From Salisapilia sapeloensis CBS 127946 (lineage: Eukaryota > Protista > Oomycota): 64,000 nt of DNA. Position 1 is the stretch's first letter, and every line of letters starts with the position of its first letter. The notes beneath the pieces were generated by a model. That model saw only the letters and a list, made by a program, of their open reading frames with translations. It did not search any database and was not told where the DNA came from. Where the stretch lies: NCBI GenBank assembly GCA_023334545.1, contig JAADVB010000057.1, positions 20,910 to 84,909 on the forward strand. The letters run 5' to 3'. Both the position numbers and the translations under genes were made by a program. This document shows positions 23,601-35,737 of the stretch, piece after piece.

Positions 23601-23967
23601 CACTGCTATTGCTATCTACCTCTGTCGAAACCAAGGAGCGCGATAGCTGTGTGGAAGCCAAAGCAGACTGTAGTTTTGCTTGCATATACTTTTCCTGGTC
23701 GTCTTCGTCCAGATCGTCAAAGTTTTTAGCCGATTTATCCAGTCGCGTTAGTGTTTCGCGTGCCGATTTGGCATCGTTAAAGTTGTTTGTCATGTCTGAC
23801 CCGGTGATATCGCCGAGAATATCTTCCCATACTGAACTACCACGCGAATTGGAGGCATCCGAGGCTTCTGGTAAGTCAGCGCTCCCGGATGAACTTTGCG
23901 GTGCAACTAGCTGCGTTTCTAGTGCAGCTATTAAGAGCGGCAGCCCAAAGACCGCGGCGACTTTCAT
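20674..23967 (-). CDS. Large secreted protein of unknown function (helical body, internal hydrophobic segment, beta-rich domain, Cys-rich tail)
   Basis: Intronless 1097-aa ORF with N-terminal signal peptide. No family recognised with certainty. Confidence 0.85.
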   Translation of the reverse strand: MKVAAVFGLPLLIAALETQLVAPQSSSGSADLPEASDASNSRGSSVWEDILGDITGSDMTNNFNDAKSARETLTRLDKSAKNFDDLDEDDQEKYMQAKLQSALASTQLSRSLVSTEVDSNSSVSDAVVETLMKQAEGVKIEGDWNPKGWWGDLLNTSSGTSYGSTDENGLPNLKPEDLLNDDIGDRLVLQLAVLKKLDAEDIESSGARNELFGDLADQYIQASEALVVEGNVNDAVKIITSDVVETLSALAKEVCDGIQLRFCLFPQLSMLSSTYRVAPAQIYDPKRITNLDTEEARMDRQEYLTNLRDKLGKQRVGQRAAEMVNGVVENMYKSNAWSKKQIDQAWAQKSASELDQLSKMMTSQTERLTKVSEINFDKAETAVKVTQGYIDDFVNGKVEKAMDTFTEHLEVICEEALKAAKRAQASGFLNFLISALKVITIIPLVLDPTTIVDVVRDGHELDKDTDGVDGVKTLTKYLKNELIPAVGDIGKKAKETQKQSLKVAKTIQTIMDRKDPSEDQIAEDGQQFLNAYRDFDLSAIRGADVDSLGNKFSALTDEFCGMAGNYALEPCAARAEDNKVFMYWGMMPGLSLDILENYVTMAEQAVRKKASEALTKNLKEAASKTKKSITSINETYADEQERAEQRFNVYSKQLKYTQSILGLDLLSTAIQGAEAAVNVCDFYTYLNGGSPIDPCISIYENPTNPDIDLDKIESFNPNKKPDEHDFTAYIPTHETETSDNSSDSTTRFIRVGALMGNGGRNISIRLPQDPDWLYKYGWVDPGYNPDEDVVFLKRLAVLLPPKYAPPKDGEESQVVTTKVVVTAPGDSDLGPALGGKTYRIPERHFDFEYKERKAGEDCETITNMYGKCWDDDVELCKVSDGSVDVASDEVPLPSLFSKLDVIVTFDQYSNDGEWTRNNMSYHGVQDAAPIVVYGTTATYKVSSESKSAMAAVEKAASGDGKGASDTSSGGETKYDIEDLINLSLSNTDVTISSKTGGGDSDGATKDDSKSESGGVAGMEHDDEDEDDNTGGISMRQRLLRRLDSSDKGSKGRCCTVGSFLTDWDSEECASCPTNYASQMGGLYCVPWPNTTSSGESD

Positions 23968-24611
23968 CTTCCTTGCGAAGGCTGCAAAAGCGATTGTGAG
24001 CGCTTCATGTCCAGGTCATACCGAATCATAATGCCTTACACGACAATGTCCATGCACTGGTGAATCATAATGCATAAAGTACCAGCTGAAGAAGTCACCT
24101 AGCTGGACGTACGTGGGCCACGTATGTACAGGGTGCCAAAAGGCCGAATGACGTGTCCATCGAATTGTTAGGAAAGGGTCACAGCCACTTTAACATCGTG
24201 GCTGGAACACATGGCAATCGAAGACAGCCATAAGCTGACAAGTGACATCAACGTATTCGACCAGTTCGGATGATGTGGCCACGTAAGCCCGCTTAATTCC
24301 CCTTCTCGAGACGATGCATGCCATCGATATGCTCCATCCCATGTGAAACTCTATTGTTTATATATAGAACAGATCATCTCGAGAAATGAAAGGGAATGGA
24401 GATGGAATGTACTCCTTGTCGCTGTCTTTAAGCTGTGCATTCAGCCCAGTCGAGCTTTCGTGCGTCATTCATCAAAAGTATTTCCAGTCTAGATGCGTAT
24501 TCAGACACAATGAGTGCGTGGATAATCAAGTAACGCCCAGGAGGATAATTGAATGATTCATGTATTTGTGCAACTTGCTCTCCATACGCATTAAAATATT
24601 TCTCCTCCTCT

Positions 24612-25745
24612 TCAGTAATAAGGCCGGCACGCCTGGCGAATGTCCTCCGCGACAACGTCATGCAGCATGTCTTCCGGCAGTCGAAAGTGGTGCATGTCCT
24701 CCGGGTCATCTTCATCCGGCTCCTGCTGTGGGAGAAAGAGCTCTGGGAGTGCCAAGTCCAGCGACTCTTCCTGCTCGTGGGGTTTGTGGGATGGGATCTT
24801 GGCGCCAAGCACCCTCACGCCAATTTCCCACAGCAACTCGATCGTGTTCCAATGGGTGGACGGAGGCACGCATTGCGGATGGTACGCCACGGGACAGTTG
24901 CACGAGTAGACAAAGTCCTTGCTACCTTCGTTGCCCATGCAAAAGATGCATTCGTGCCGAGGACACCGGAACGGAGAGTTATAGCGTCGCGCCCGTCCGG
25001 TCTTGGGCACACCTAACGGCAGCAGCTTTCCATGCTGGAAGCGCCGAGACAAGGGATGGTCGTCGACGCACTGTTGATGAAAGTATTTGTTGCAGCCACC
25101 GACGGAGCACTTGAAGACGCCTCCTTTGGCGTTCATCCGCCCTCGCTGTCCACAGTCAAAGCAGACGCGTTCGCCCGATCGACAGAGCTCACATTTCCAG
25201 TTCTTGGGAGAAGACTCGAGGCCGAGACAGCCGACGTGGTAGCGAATGTAGCAACCACCCTCGCACTCGACGAGGTCAGTGTGGAAGTCGTCCTCTACTT
25301 TGCCACAGATAGCACACCTACCGTCCTCTGCATCCATCGCCTCTACCTCGTGGTATGTCTGTGTCTTCGCTTTCTTCCGTTTGACGAACTCGCCATCGTC
25401 TCTCAGTCGGCGCGAGAGCGTTCGGCCTGCTCGAGTCGTGGCGGTAGTGCTCGCGTCGTGGTTGCCCCCTTGCAGCAGCCGTATCTGCAGCTCGTCATTC
25501 TTTTGCCATTTCTCCGGGGCTTTGGAGCCGCGCGCAGCCAGCCGCACACTCTTGTCCGGGCTGATGTGTTCGCACGAAAGATATCCCCAGCCGAGGTACT
25601 GGAGCCGGAAACCCTCGGCAGTGGTGGAGAGGATGCGCGCCGGTAGCCAGTCCTGGGTGACGACGCAGAAGGCGTCGACGTCCTGGCCTTCGACGAACGG
25701 AGAGTGAAGGAGCTGCCTGCCACTCGCGGCCGACGGCGACTGCAT
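24612..25745 (-). CDS. Tudor/chromo-like + NSD-type multi-PHD finger protein, no SET domain
   Basis: DWLPARIL...LQYLGWG (Tudor-knot-like). PHD-like Cys/His clusters CAIC...CEGGCYIRYHVGC...WKCELC, CFDC...CSVGGCNKYFHQQC and CPRHECIFC...CNCPVAYHPQC. Start taken at MQSPS. Confidence 0.75.
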   Translation of the reverse strand: MQSPSAASGRQLLHSPFVEGQDVDAFCVVTQDWLPARILSTTAEGFRLQYLGWGYLSCEHISPDKSVRLAARGSKAPEKWQKNDELQIRLLQGGNHDASTTATTRAGRTLSRRLRDDGEFVKRKKAKTQTYHEVEAMDAEDGRCAICGKVEDDFHTDLVECEGGCYIRYHVGCLGLESSPKNWKCELCRSGERVCFDCGQRGRMNAKGGVFKCSVGGCNKYFHQQCVDDHPLSRRFQHGKLLPLGVPKTGRARRYNSPFRCPRHECIFCMGNEGSKDFVYSCNCPVAYHPQCVPPSTHWNTIELLWEIGVRVLGAKIPSHKPHEQEESLDLALPELFLPQQEPDEDDPEDMHHFRLPEDMLHDVVAEDIRQACRPYY

Positions 25746-27017
25746 CTTGATTGGAACTAGTGTGCTTTTCTGCAATTTCAGATCCTTTGAGCAGATTTGC
25801 AATCGACGAGGGGAAGGGCAATCAAGCTAAAATTTGGATTTGGAGGTAAATTTGAAAAACTAGAGTTAGATTTAGAAATGCCAGGAATAGCACTCTTTAA
25901 GAAGAAAATGCTTGCCATGTCCACTTGTGCTGTGGACATCTAGCGACCTCCAAGTGTGCTGCGTGAGTTGAGAGATTAGGCAGGTAGACTATGATTCAGG
26001 TTCATGCGGACACTACCAAGTCTAGTACAGTCAGTGATAACTCATCATGAAATCATGATTGATAAAGGTATACTCGACTTGAACGAATATGTACATGCGT
26101 GCAGTTAAAGCTATTTGCAATTCCAGGGTAAATTTAGGATACCAGAAATCTACTGGTACCACACTACATCGACATTTGTCCTTTAGTAGCTTGCATACGT
26201 ATGTTAGATCACAAATTCAGGATGTGGTATTTGCCATTCAACTTGAAGCTATCCCATCGCCATGAGTACCTTGAAATCACTCGCACTAAGAATTAAAGGA
26301 TAAACGTCTTCATGGCATGGTCACCACTGTCGAGTAACTTTCAACCCTAAGCTATTTATGAAATAACCGTCGATGAAGTCTCACATACATTGATAGAAGG
26401 AGCAAAACTCGGCGCATCATCTGCATGTGGGACTGGAGAGCCAAAGTATGTAAGCTGCAATCACTGGAGTTAAAAGTAGAGTCAACCAAGCGTGCTTTCT
26501 GTAACCAATTTTTAGTACAGCGAATGTTATACCGTCCACTACTACTAAAAAAGACACTTTGTGGTGATGACTAGCAGTGTATCTGTAACCTGAACTTGCA
26601 TAGACTCTGCCACCCTGTAGAGAGCTCATTCAGCGTTCCTATAGCAATAAATTCACGAAACAGGTATGGACTATTTTAAACCTTCAAACGGTCACAACAA
26701 GACTTTCGAAATCATGTTCACAAGATGCTTGTGCCAATGCAGAACGCATTCTTCTGTCATTCGAGTTTATCGGTCTAGCAAAGCTCACACGCAAATTGCA
26801 TAAAGTAACATCAGCAATTAATATAAATATAGCTCGTGAGTGCTCAATTGTAGCTTCAAATTTCCACTCAAATGTACATGTATGAGCGCAGAACAAGTGA
26901 ATACAACCAAGCATTACCACGAAGACATGAAGTGGAAAAGAATTGACACAAGTCGCACTCATACATGCCAAGTTAGTCATAATATTATATATTTATTATT
27001 TTCTGCCTGAGATATAA

Positions 27018-27090
27018 GCACGATTGGCGCAATGGATAGCGTATCAGACTTCGAATCTGGGGGTTGCGGGTTCGAGTCCCGCATCGTGTA
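27018..27090 (+). tRNA. trnR-UCG: tRNA-Arg (anticodon TCG)
   Basis: Acceptor stem GCACGAT/ATCGTGT, anticodon arm TCAGA-CTTCGAA-TCTGG and T-loop GGTTCGAGTCC. A T-tract terminator lies at about 27098. Confidence 0.95.
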
Positions 27091-27205
27091 CTCTTTCTTT
27101 TTGTTTTTATCCGCATACCCTTCACGTATCATGCGCTCCATTCTCTTATACCTGCTGCCGTACTCGCAAATGATATGAATAGACATATACTCGAACGAAT
27201 TGGAT

Positions 27206-29629
27206 TCACATTTGCATATACTGCTGCCGACTACCTCTACTTGCAGTCGAACCTGAACGTCCGTGACTCGTTCTACCACTAGCTGCTTGTCGTAGACTGG
27301 ACACCCACTCGTCCTTGGCCTCTGACGACCTCGCATGGAGCTGGAGTGGCGGGTACGAGTTGTTCGGGAAGGCTATGCTGAACGCCTCCTTGATATCATA
27401 CCCATCTTCTATACTTGCTCCACTCACGTTGATCGGAGGAGTGTCCGCACGCTGTCGCTCGTAATCGTCTTTCGTGTCGTAGCAACTCAGGTACACCCCT
27501 TGGAGGACAAAGTACCGTCGACTCCACTTGGCTCTCGAAGCACTTTGATCTCTCCCTAGACCTTGCTTGATCAAGTACCCAGACATACCGTTGGATCCAC
27601 TGCTGGACGCAAACTCCGTCGCTCGGTACTGTCCTTCCTGCGCCGTGTCTGCTAGCTTCCGCAGTGTCTCGTTGTGCTGCAGCACATGCTCCAATTCGTT
27701 CGTTTTGAACTCCAGCTGCGAGTACAGTCCCGACAGCTCATGCTCATACCCTTGCTCTGCCTCCTTTACGCTCGCAGCGCTCTTCTGCTGCGCCTGTTCC
27801 CCGAGCTCCTTCATGGCGTTCGCTTGTCCCTGCGCCTCGGCCACCTTGACGCTCATCTGGTTCACCTGCCTCTCCAGCTCTCGAATCTCGGTCATGTGAG
27901 CTGCATTGCACTTTTCATTCCTATTCACGACAGCTTCCACCACCTTTTGCGAAATGAACTCGACGTACGCAGCGTCTGTGGATGGACCAACCGCCTTCTC
28001 CAAGTAGAGCTCTCGTGCTTGCGTCAATTTGTCCTGCAACAACTCTTGCGTGACACGATACACTTCCATCGCAGACTGTTGTTCATCCTCTTCACCCGAT
28101 GTAACCTGGTCAAAGATCGATTCGAGCACTTGACGGCAGTAGCTCATGGACGCAGCGGCGTTCATACGCTTATACGTAGCGTACTCAGCCTTGACGGCTC
28201 GACGGAACTTGGCCATGCAAGCAGCCCCCTCCTCGTCTGAGTCGTCCGTCACGACATTCTTCAGCTTCGCCTTGGCCACCTTCTTACTCACTCGATGGAC
28301 GTCGTCTAGCTGACGCACAGGACACGGAACTCTAGTCTTCTCACAGCGTTTCCTACTCTCCTGCTCCTCTGTCTCCACGACGTCAATCGACTCGCTCTCC
28401 ATACTATCCTCCGACACCGTCCCTGTGCTCGGAAGTCGGCGGAGGTTACCTTGTGGATCAAACACAGGCTCATCCAGAGCTTCCGACTCGTCCGACGTAT
28501 GTGGATTCACTTCCAGCCCAGCGTCTTCGTCGAATTGGTCTGGGTTCTGGAAAGGCAAGACGCGATCGCGCATCTCTTTCTTGTACACTTCAATCGCATC
28601 GTACAGCGCATCATCGTACTGCTGCTGCATCACACGGCTCCAGGCGTTGGAGATCACAGGAGCCTTGCCACTGTTCAAAGCTTCGACGTAGGACTGGACC
28701 AGGTTGAGGAACATCGGACCGTTCAGGTTTTTCCCATACAAAGTCTTAGGCCTCGCGTCATCAAAGAGCTTCGTCCCGAGCGACTCGACGGACGAACGGA
28801 ACTCTTCTCGTAGATCTCCATACGGCACCTCCGGCAGCTTTCTCAACTTGTCTTCGTCATCTACCGGACGCACCAGCGTCACACAGTCGCGCTGTCTGAA
28901 GAAGTCTGCTAAGAGCGAACGGATCTGGTCTTTCGAAGCGGCGTCTTCGCTGTACCCGCCTTGGGGCTGCAATGCGTTCTCTAGATACTGCTTGGACGAT
29001 ATCTTCTTGCCATTATCCTGCAGCTGGAGCGTAAAGTCTCGAACGACCCAGACGAAGCTCGGGAAAAAGTTATGCAGCTCACCACCTTCGGACGATCCGG
29101 AAGACGTCTGGATGTGCTTGGACAGATTCACGACGAGCGACAAATCCTCGATCGCATTGCCGTCGATCACGCCTCTGCTGTTGTAGACAAAGCTGGACGC
29201 TAGGAGCAGCGCAAGAGCAAAGATGCGCGTGTCGTGCGTTTCTTCTCGGTCCGTGGACCCAAGACCTTCTGTATCCAGGAAGAGTATGCTCGTTCGATCG
29301 TCCAACGCGATGGGTTCCCCCCACATCCAAATACCTTTGGTGCAAGCATTAATAGTTCCACCGACAGCAAAGCCTTTGGCGTCTAGATCCTCCTCGCTGA
29401 TATCCGGCGCCTCTTCTCCTTTCAAATGAGCACGAGCTTGGCGAACGAGTAGGTTTAGTAGGAATGATTTGCCTGTACGATATAATCCAGCTACGGCAAC
29501 AATCACAAGACGGCTCTGTATGTTACTGAGACGCTCCGTCGCCTCAGGACTCACTTGGAAACTTCCATCGTCCTCCACAAGGACGAAAGGCACGGGACGG
29601 ACCTCTTCGACGGCATCCGGATCCGCCAT
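27206..29629 (-). CDS. Guanylate-binding protein (GBP/atlastin family GTPase) with C-terminal coiled coil and PH domain
   Basis: G1 GLYRTGKSFLLN, CTKGIWMW, G3 DTEG and G4 VRDF, then the GBP helical domain. C-terminal SGYLIKQG...WSRRYFVL...KDEWVSSL is a PH domain. Start taken at MADPD. Confidence 0.9.
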   Translation of the reverse strand: MADPDAVEEVRPVPFVLVEDDGSFQVSPEATERLSNIQSRLVIVAVAGLYRTGKSFLLNLLVRQARAHLKGEEAPDISEEDLDAKGFAVGGTINACTKGIWMWGEPIALDDRTSILFLDTEGLGSTDREETHDTRIFALALLLASSFVYNSRGVIDGNAIEDLSLVVNLSKHIQTSSGSSEGGELHNFFPSFVWVVRDFTLQLQDNGKKISSKQYLENALQPQGGYSEDAASKDQIRSLLADFFRQRDCVTLVRPVDDEDKLRKLPEVPYGDLREEFRSSVESLGTKLFDDARPKTLYGKNLNGPMFLNLVQSYVEALNSGKAPVISNAWSRVMQQQYDDALYDAIEVYKKEMRDRVLPFQNPDQFDEDAGLEVNPHTSDESEALDEPVFDPQGNLRRLPSTGTVSEDSMESESIDVVETEEQESRKRCEKTRVPCPVRQLDDVHRVSKKVAKAKLKNVVTDDSDEEGAACMAKFRRAVKAEYATYKRMNAAASMSYCRQVLESIFDQVTSGEEDEQQSAMEVYRVTQELLQDKLTQARELYLEKAVGPSTDAAYVEFISQKVVEAVVNRNEKCNAAHMTEIRELERQVNQMSVKVAEAQGQANAMKELGEQAQQKSAASVKEAEQGYEHELSGLYSQLEFKTNELEHVLQHNETLRKLADTAQEGQYRATEFASSSGSNGMSGYLIKQGLGRDQSASRAKWSRRYFVLQGVYLSCYDTKDDYERQRADTPPINVSGASIEDGYDIKEAFSIAFPNNSYPPLQLHARSSEAKDEWVSSLRQAASGRTSHGRSGSTASRGSRQQYMQM

Positions 29630-30023
29630 TTTGGTGTTTGATGAGCTGAATCTCTGTATCTCGGCTGGACAATTTACATACATATACAAGTAAGATTGTC
29701 CTGATAAATATAGCCCAGTAGCATCTGCTCCGAAGTAGACCTTTTGACAACGAAACCCAGCAATAGAGCACGCGAAGAGTAGATGGAGATTGTAGAAGCA
29801 ATTAATGCATCATACACCAATTTTTTCATTGTGAAACTGTCTAGACTACATCTACTTTTTATTTTCTATGCAATTCGCATTTGATTGCTGTTTAATGCTG
29901 TCGAAGGGCAGCGATATGGATGATAAAAGAACAACACTCTTTACAGTCGAAAAGGGCGAGATAGCTTCAATTTGCATCTGCTTATTGCTGAAAACAAGTT
30001 CAGGTCGTAGTATACGAGCAGAC

Positions 30024-31880
30024 ATGAGTGCACAAAGACAATGCAGCGTTATGGAGGTCATTGACACGCTAGAGCATGGCCTGAGTATGTGTACAATTAG
30101 GAATACGCAGCAAACAACAATGTACTCACCAACGTACTATGCCCAGCAAACATACAGCGACGACAAGAAGAGTATGCGATTAATATAGAACAGCTTAACA
30201 TGCAAATGGAAAGTTCCAACGCAGAGATCACCTCTGTCAAGGTTGGAGATGGATTTGGGAGTACCGCATGAAACCAACACATCATCATCTATACATTGTA
30301 GAACGAGATCAAAGAGAAAGCAATGCGTCTAGCTCGCTACAAGAGAGAGATTCAAAACACCGACACAGCGTTGGAAGAATATGAAAAGCAATATGCTACG
30401 GATCAAGCTATTCATACCGACCATCGTGCACGAGCAGACGGCCAAGCTTCCAGAGTTCTGCAACTTACAGAGTCCTATCATGAGCTTCATTACAAAATTC
30501 AGTGTCTTACTAAGGCAGTTCATGAGTCGAAAGAGCATCGAGATCGATTATGTCAGAATGAAAGGTTCTTAACTGAAACATTGGACAAGATGACGGCAGA
30601 ATTGGACCAAGCGAGCATCGGAATCAATGAATGCCACTTGCGGCTTTCAACTACCTCTTCTCACATTCGGGCGCTTAAAGAATCACTTCAAGAGATTGAG
30701 CGAAAACGGGAAGCGCTGCACCACGAAAGAATCGGCCTTGAAGCTGAGATGCAGGAGCAGGAGCAGAATCTAACTGACGCGAAAGAGTATCTGAAGCGTA
30801 ATGGAAAGGAGCGACAGGACAGTCTAAACGTGCTTTACCACGAACTCTATGCTTTAAAGCTTGCTGCCAGTACTACTTTCATCGTCTTTAGTATGTAAAC
30901 ACTTTCTCACATCTTCTATCGTGGTCTAGTCTCGAGGAAACGCTTGGCAGAAGAACTTCATGTCAAGTTCCGCATGAAGATGCAAGTGCACGTTAACATC
31001 CTCCAGCATGCGTTAAATGATAAGAAGAGACGTACTTGTCCCGACAGATACAATGTAAAACGACCGAACTGATGTATGAGTAGACTTGGAAGCTAGAGGA
31101 ATGGAAGTTGAAGACATAACGAGCAGTACTCTCGACTTTAAAAATAGAGTGCAGTCACTCTTATCTAGCCAGGCTTTCACTCTCTCGGCTGCAACTGCGG
31201 CTAAAGAGTGCTTTGAATCCATCCAAAAGTCTATCGCTGATCTAGACTTGGAAGACAGTCATAATCCTTTGGAACAACGAGATGTCTTGGAAGCGTCTAC
31301 TTCTTATCAGAATGCACAGCGCGACTTACAAGTCCAACAGGTATTCACTTTGTCTACGATCGACCGCTACCAATTCCTTACATTTGTCTTACAGACGGAC
31401 TGTGATTCACTTCGCGCTAGAGTAGATGAGGTAGAGCATGAATTATTTAGAGCACATAAGCCTATGCTGACGCGGAAACCTCCTAGTTGGACAATGAACT
31501 GCATTCGCTGCAAGAAGAGCGTATGAAAGCAACGAAAGAGCAAGTGAGGACGAACAGTGCTGTCAGTAACTTACAGAAGAGCGCAGAGGAGCTTCTGAGG
31601 AAGAAAAGTGAGCGTAAAAAGCAAGTTGCTTCTGCTCAAGAAACCTACGAAAGACTCGAAGCCCAACACACGTCTCTCTCTAGAGCTTACGACAGCACAG
31701 AGGCTGCTTTGACAGCTCTAGATACTCAATGCCATCGTCATCATACCTCCATGGCGAGTCTGACGCAGCGTCTCGACGTAGCTTCGAATCAGTCGCAGCA
31801 CTTGACATCCATCCTCCAGGTACGCACCTCCTTCCTCCCTACAAGGCCATCTAAACAGCACTAGACATGGCAGGTCTAAG
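30024..31880 (+). CDS. Multi-exon long coiled-coil protein
   Basis: Several heptad-rich ORFs (30323-30898, 31086-31526, 31487-31864) are separated by GT-AG-bounded short introns. An upstream exon MSAQRQCSVMEVIDTLEHGL splices in frame. The 3' end is approximate. Confidence 0.6.
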
Positions 31881-31966
31881 CCGATCCTACCACCCAGTCC
31901 TACCTATACAAGAGCAATCAACTAGCAGCTTAAAAGATCTTTCATTCGCTTCCTTCTCTCTACTGC

Positions 31967-34431
<2,465 letters not shown>

Positions 34432-34718
34432 GGCGTCTATGTGTTTCTGTTTATAGTGAACTCGGAGGCAAATGCGCAACTGGAGGAAGAAGAAGTTGCC
34501 GCGTGGATCGCGTCTCCTTGCTTTTCTTTTATGACTTTCTTCCCCTTCGAGAAAAAAGCAAAAGATACGGAGATGTGATTGGATGAAATACTATTTAAGA
34601 CGCTGACATTGGTTGAAAATAGGTACTAGACGATTGGCTGGAAAGATGGACTGGGTGGAAGCATGCAGCTGCGATTGGTGCAAAATGGGCTGGACACCAA
34701 CCGAGTTAGACTACGGAC

Positions 34719-35535
34719 ATGGGACCTCGGAAGGCTAGTAAAGGTCCAAATGGCAAGGTGAAGAGCGCCATGAAGCGTCCTGTGACGAAGAAAAAGTCCA
34801 AGCTGGTCATCACGTTTGACCCGGAGAAACGAAAGTATTTTGTACTTCCTATAGTAGGTATAAATGCACAAAAATTGATCCGATGCTCATATGTAGAGAG
34901 TACTTGACTGGTTTCTCGCGTCGAAAGCAAGAACGAAGACGTTTTGGTCTGGACATGGAAGCTTACAAGCAAAAGAAACGCCAATTGGAAGAACGCAAGC
35001 AGGTATATTGTCTAGTATTTCGAATGCACTTGCCAAAGCTAACCCTGTCCAGCGTCGACAAGAGGAGAAAGCGATGATCGATAGTCTCAATCTGCCAAAG
35101 GAAGAGTCCGAGTCTGAATCGGAGCAAGAGTCAGACACACAGGACGATAATAAGCAAGTGGTGCAGTTCAACGACGACTACACAAAGGACAAATTCGGCG
35201 ACGTTGTCACGGTCACCACATCTGTCGGAGGTCTAGCAAGTGATTCAGAATCAGAAATGTCAGAAGAGGAGGAACACTTGGAAGAACCTGCGCCGACGAA
35301 AGAACAGGAGCCGTCCATGACACTCTTCCAGCGAATCAGGTACCAACGACGTGGCCAAGCCTTGCCTTCCAAGCGCTCCAAGCTCAAAAGCGCACGTGCA
35401 AACCGCCAAGCAAGTGGCGGACATGCGTACACAAGCAAGAAGATTCGGGCTAACAAGCGAGAATACGGCGATGACGATACGTCCGCGAAAAAGGGCAAAA
35501 AGGGAAAGCAAAAGCCGAACGGCAAGCGCCGATAA
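34719..35535 (+). CDS. NOP12: Nucleolar protein 12 / Rrp17 (Nop25 family)
   Basis: ITFDPEKRK|EYLTGFSRRKQERRR signature after splicing introns 34835-34896 and 35003-35052. Acidic middle and basic tail. Confidence 0.85.
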
Positions 35536-35737
35536 GTACAGGGTGTTCGTACCTCTCTTGCATAATATACCTCTCCTTCGTCATGCACCTGTCACGTCCG
35601 ACTCGACCATGTCGTCGTTTTTCCCGACCACCATCTTCTCCTGTAAAAGCGTGCATAATAAAATGAAACAGTTACCAACCTGTGCTCGACTTGACGACAA
35701 TTCCACCTCGTAGCCAACGTACTTGTGCCTAGGAGCG

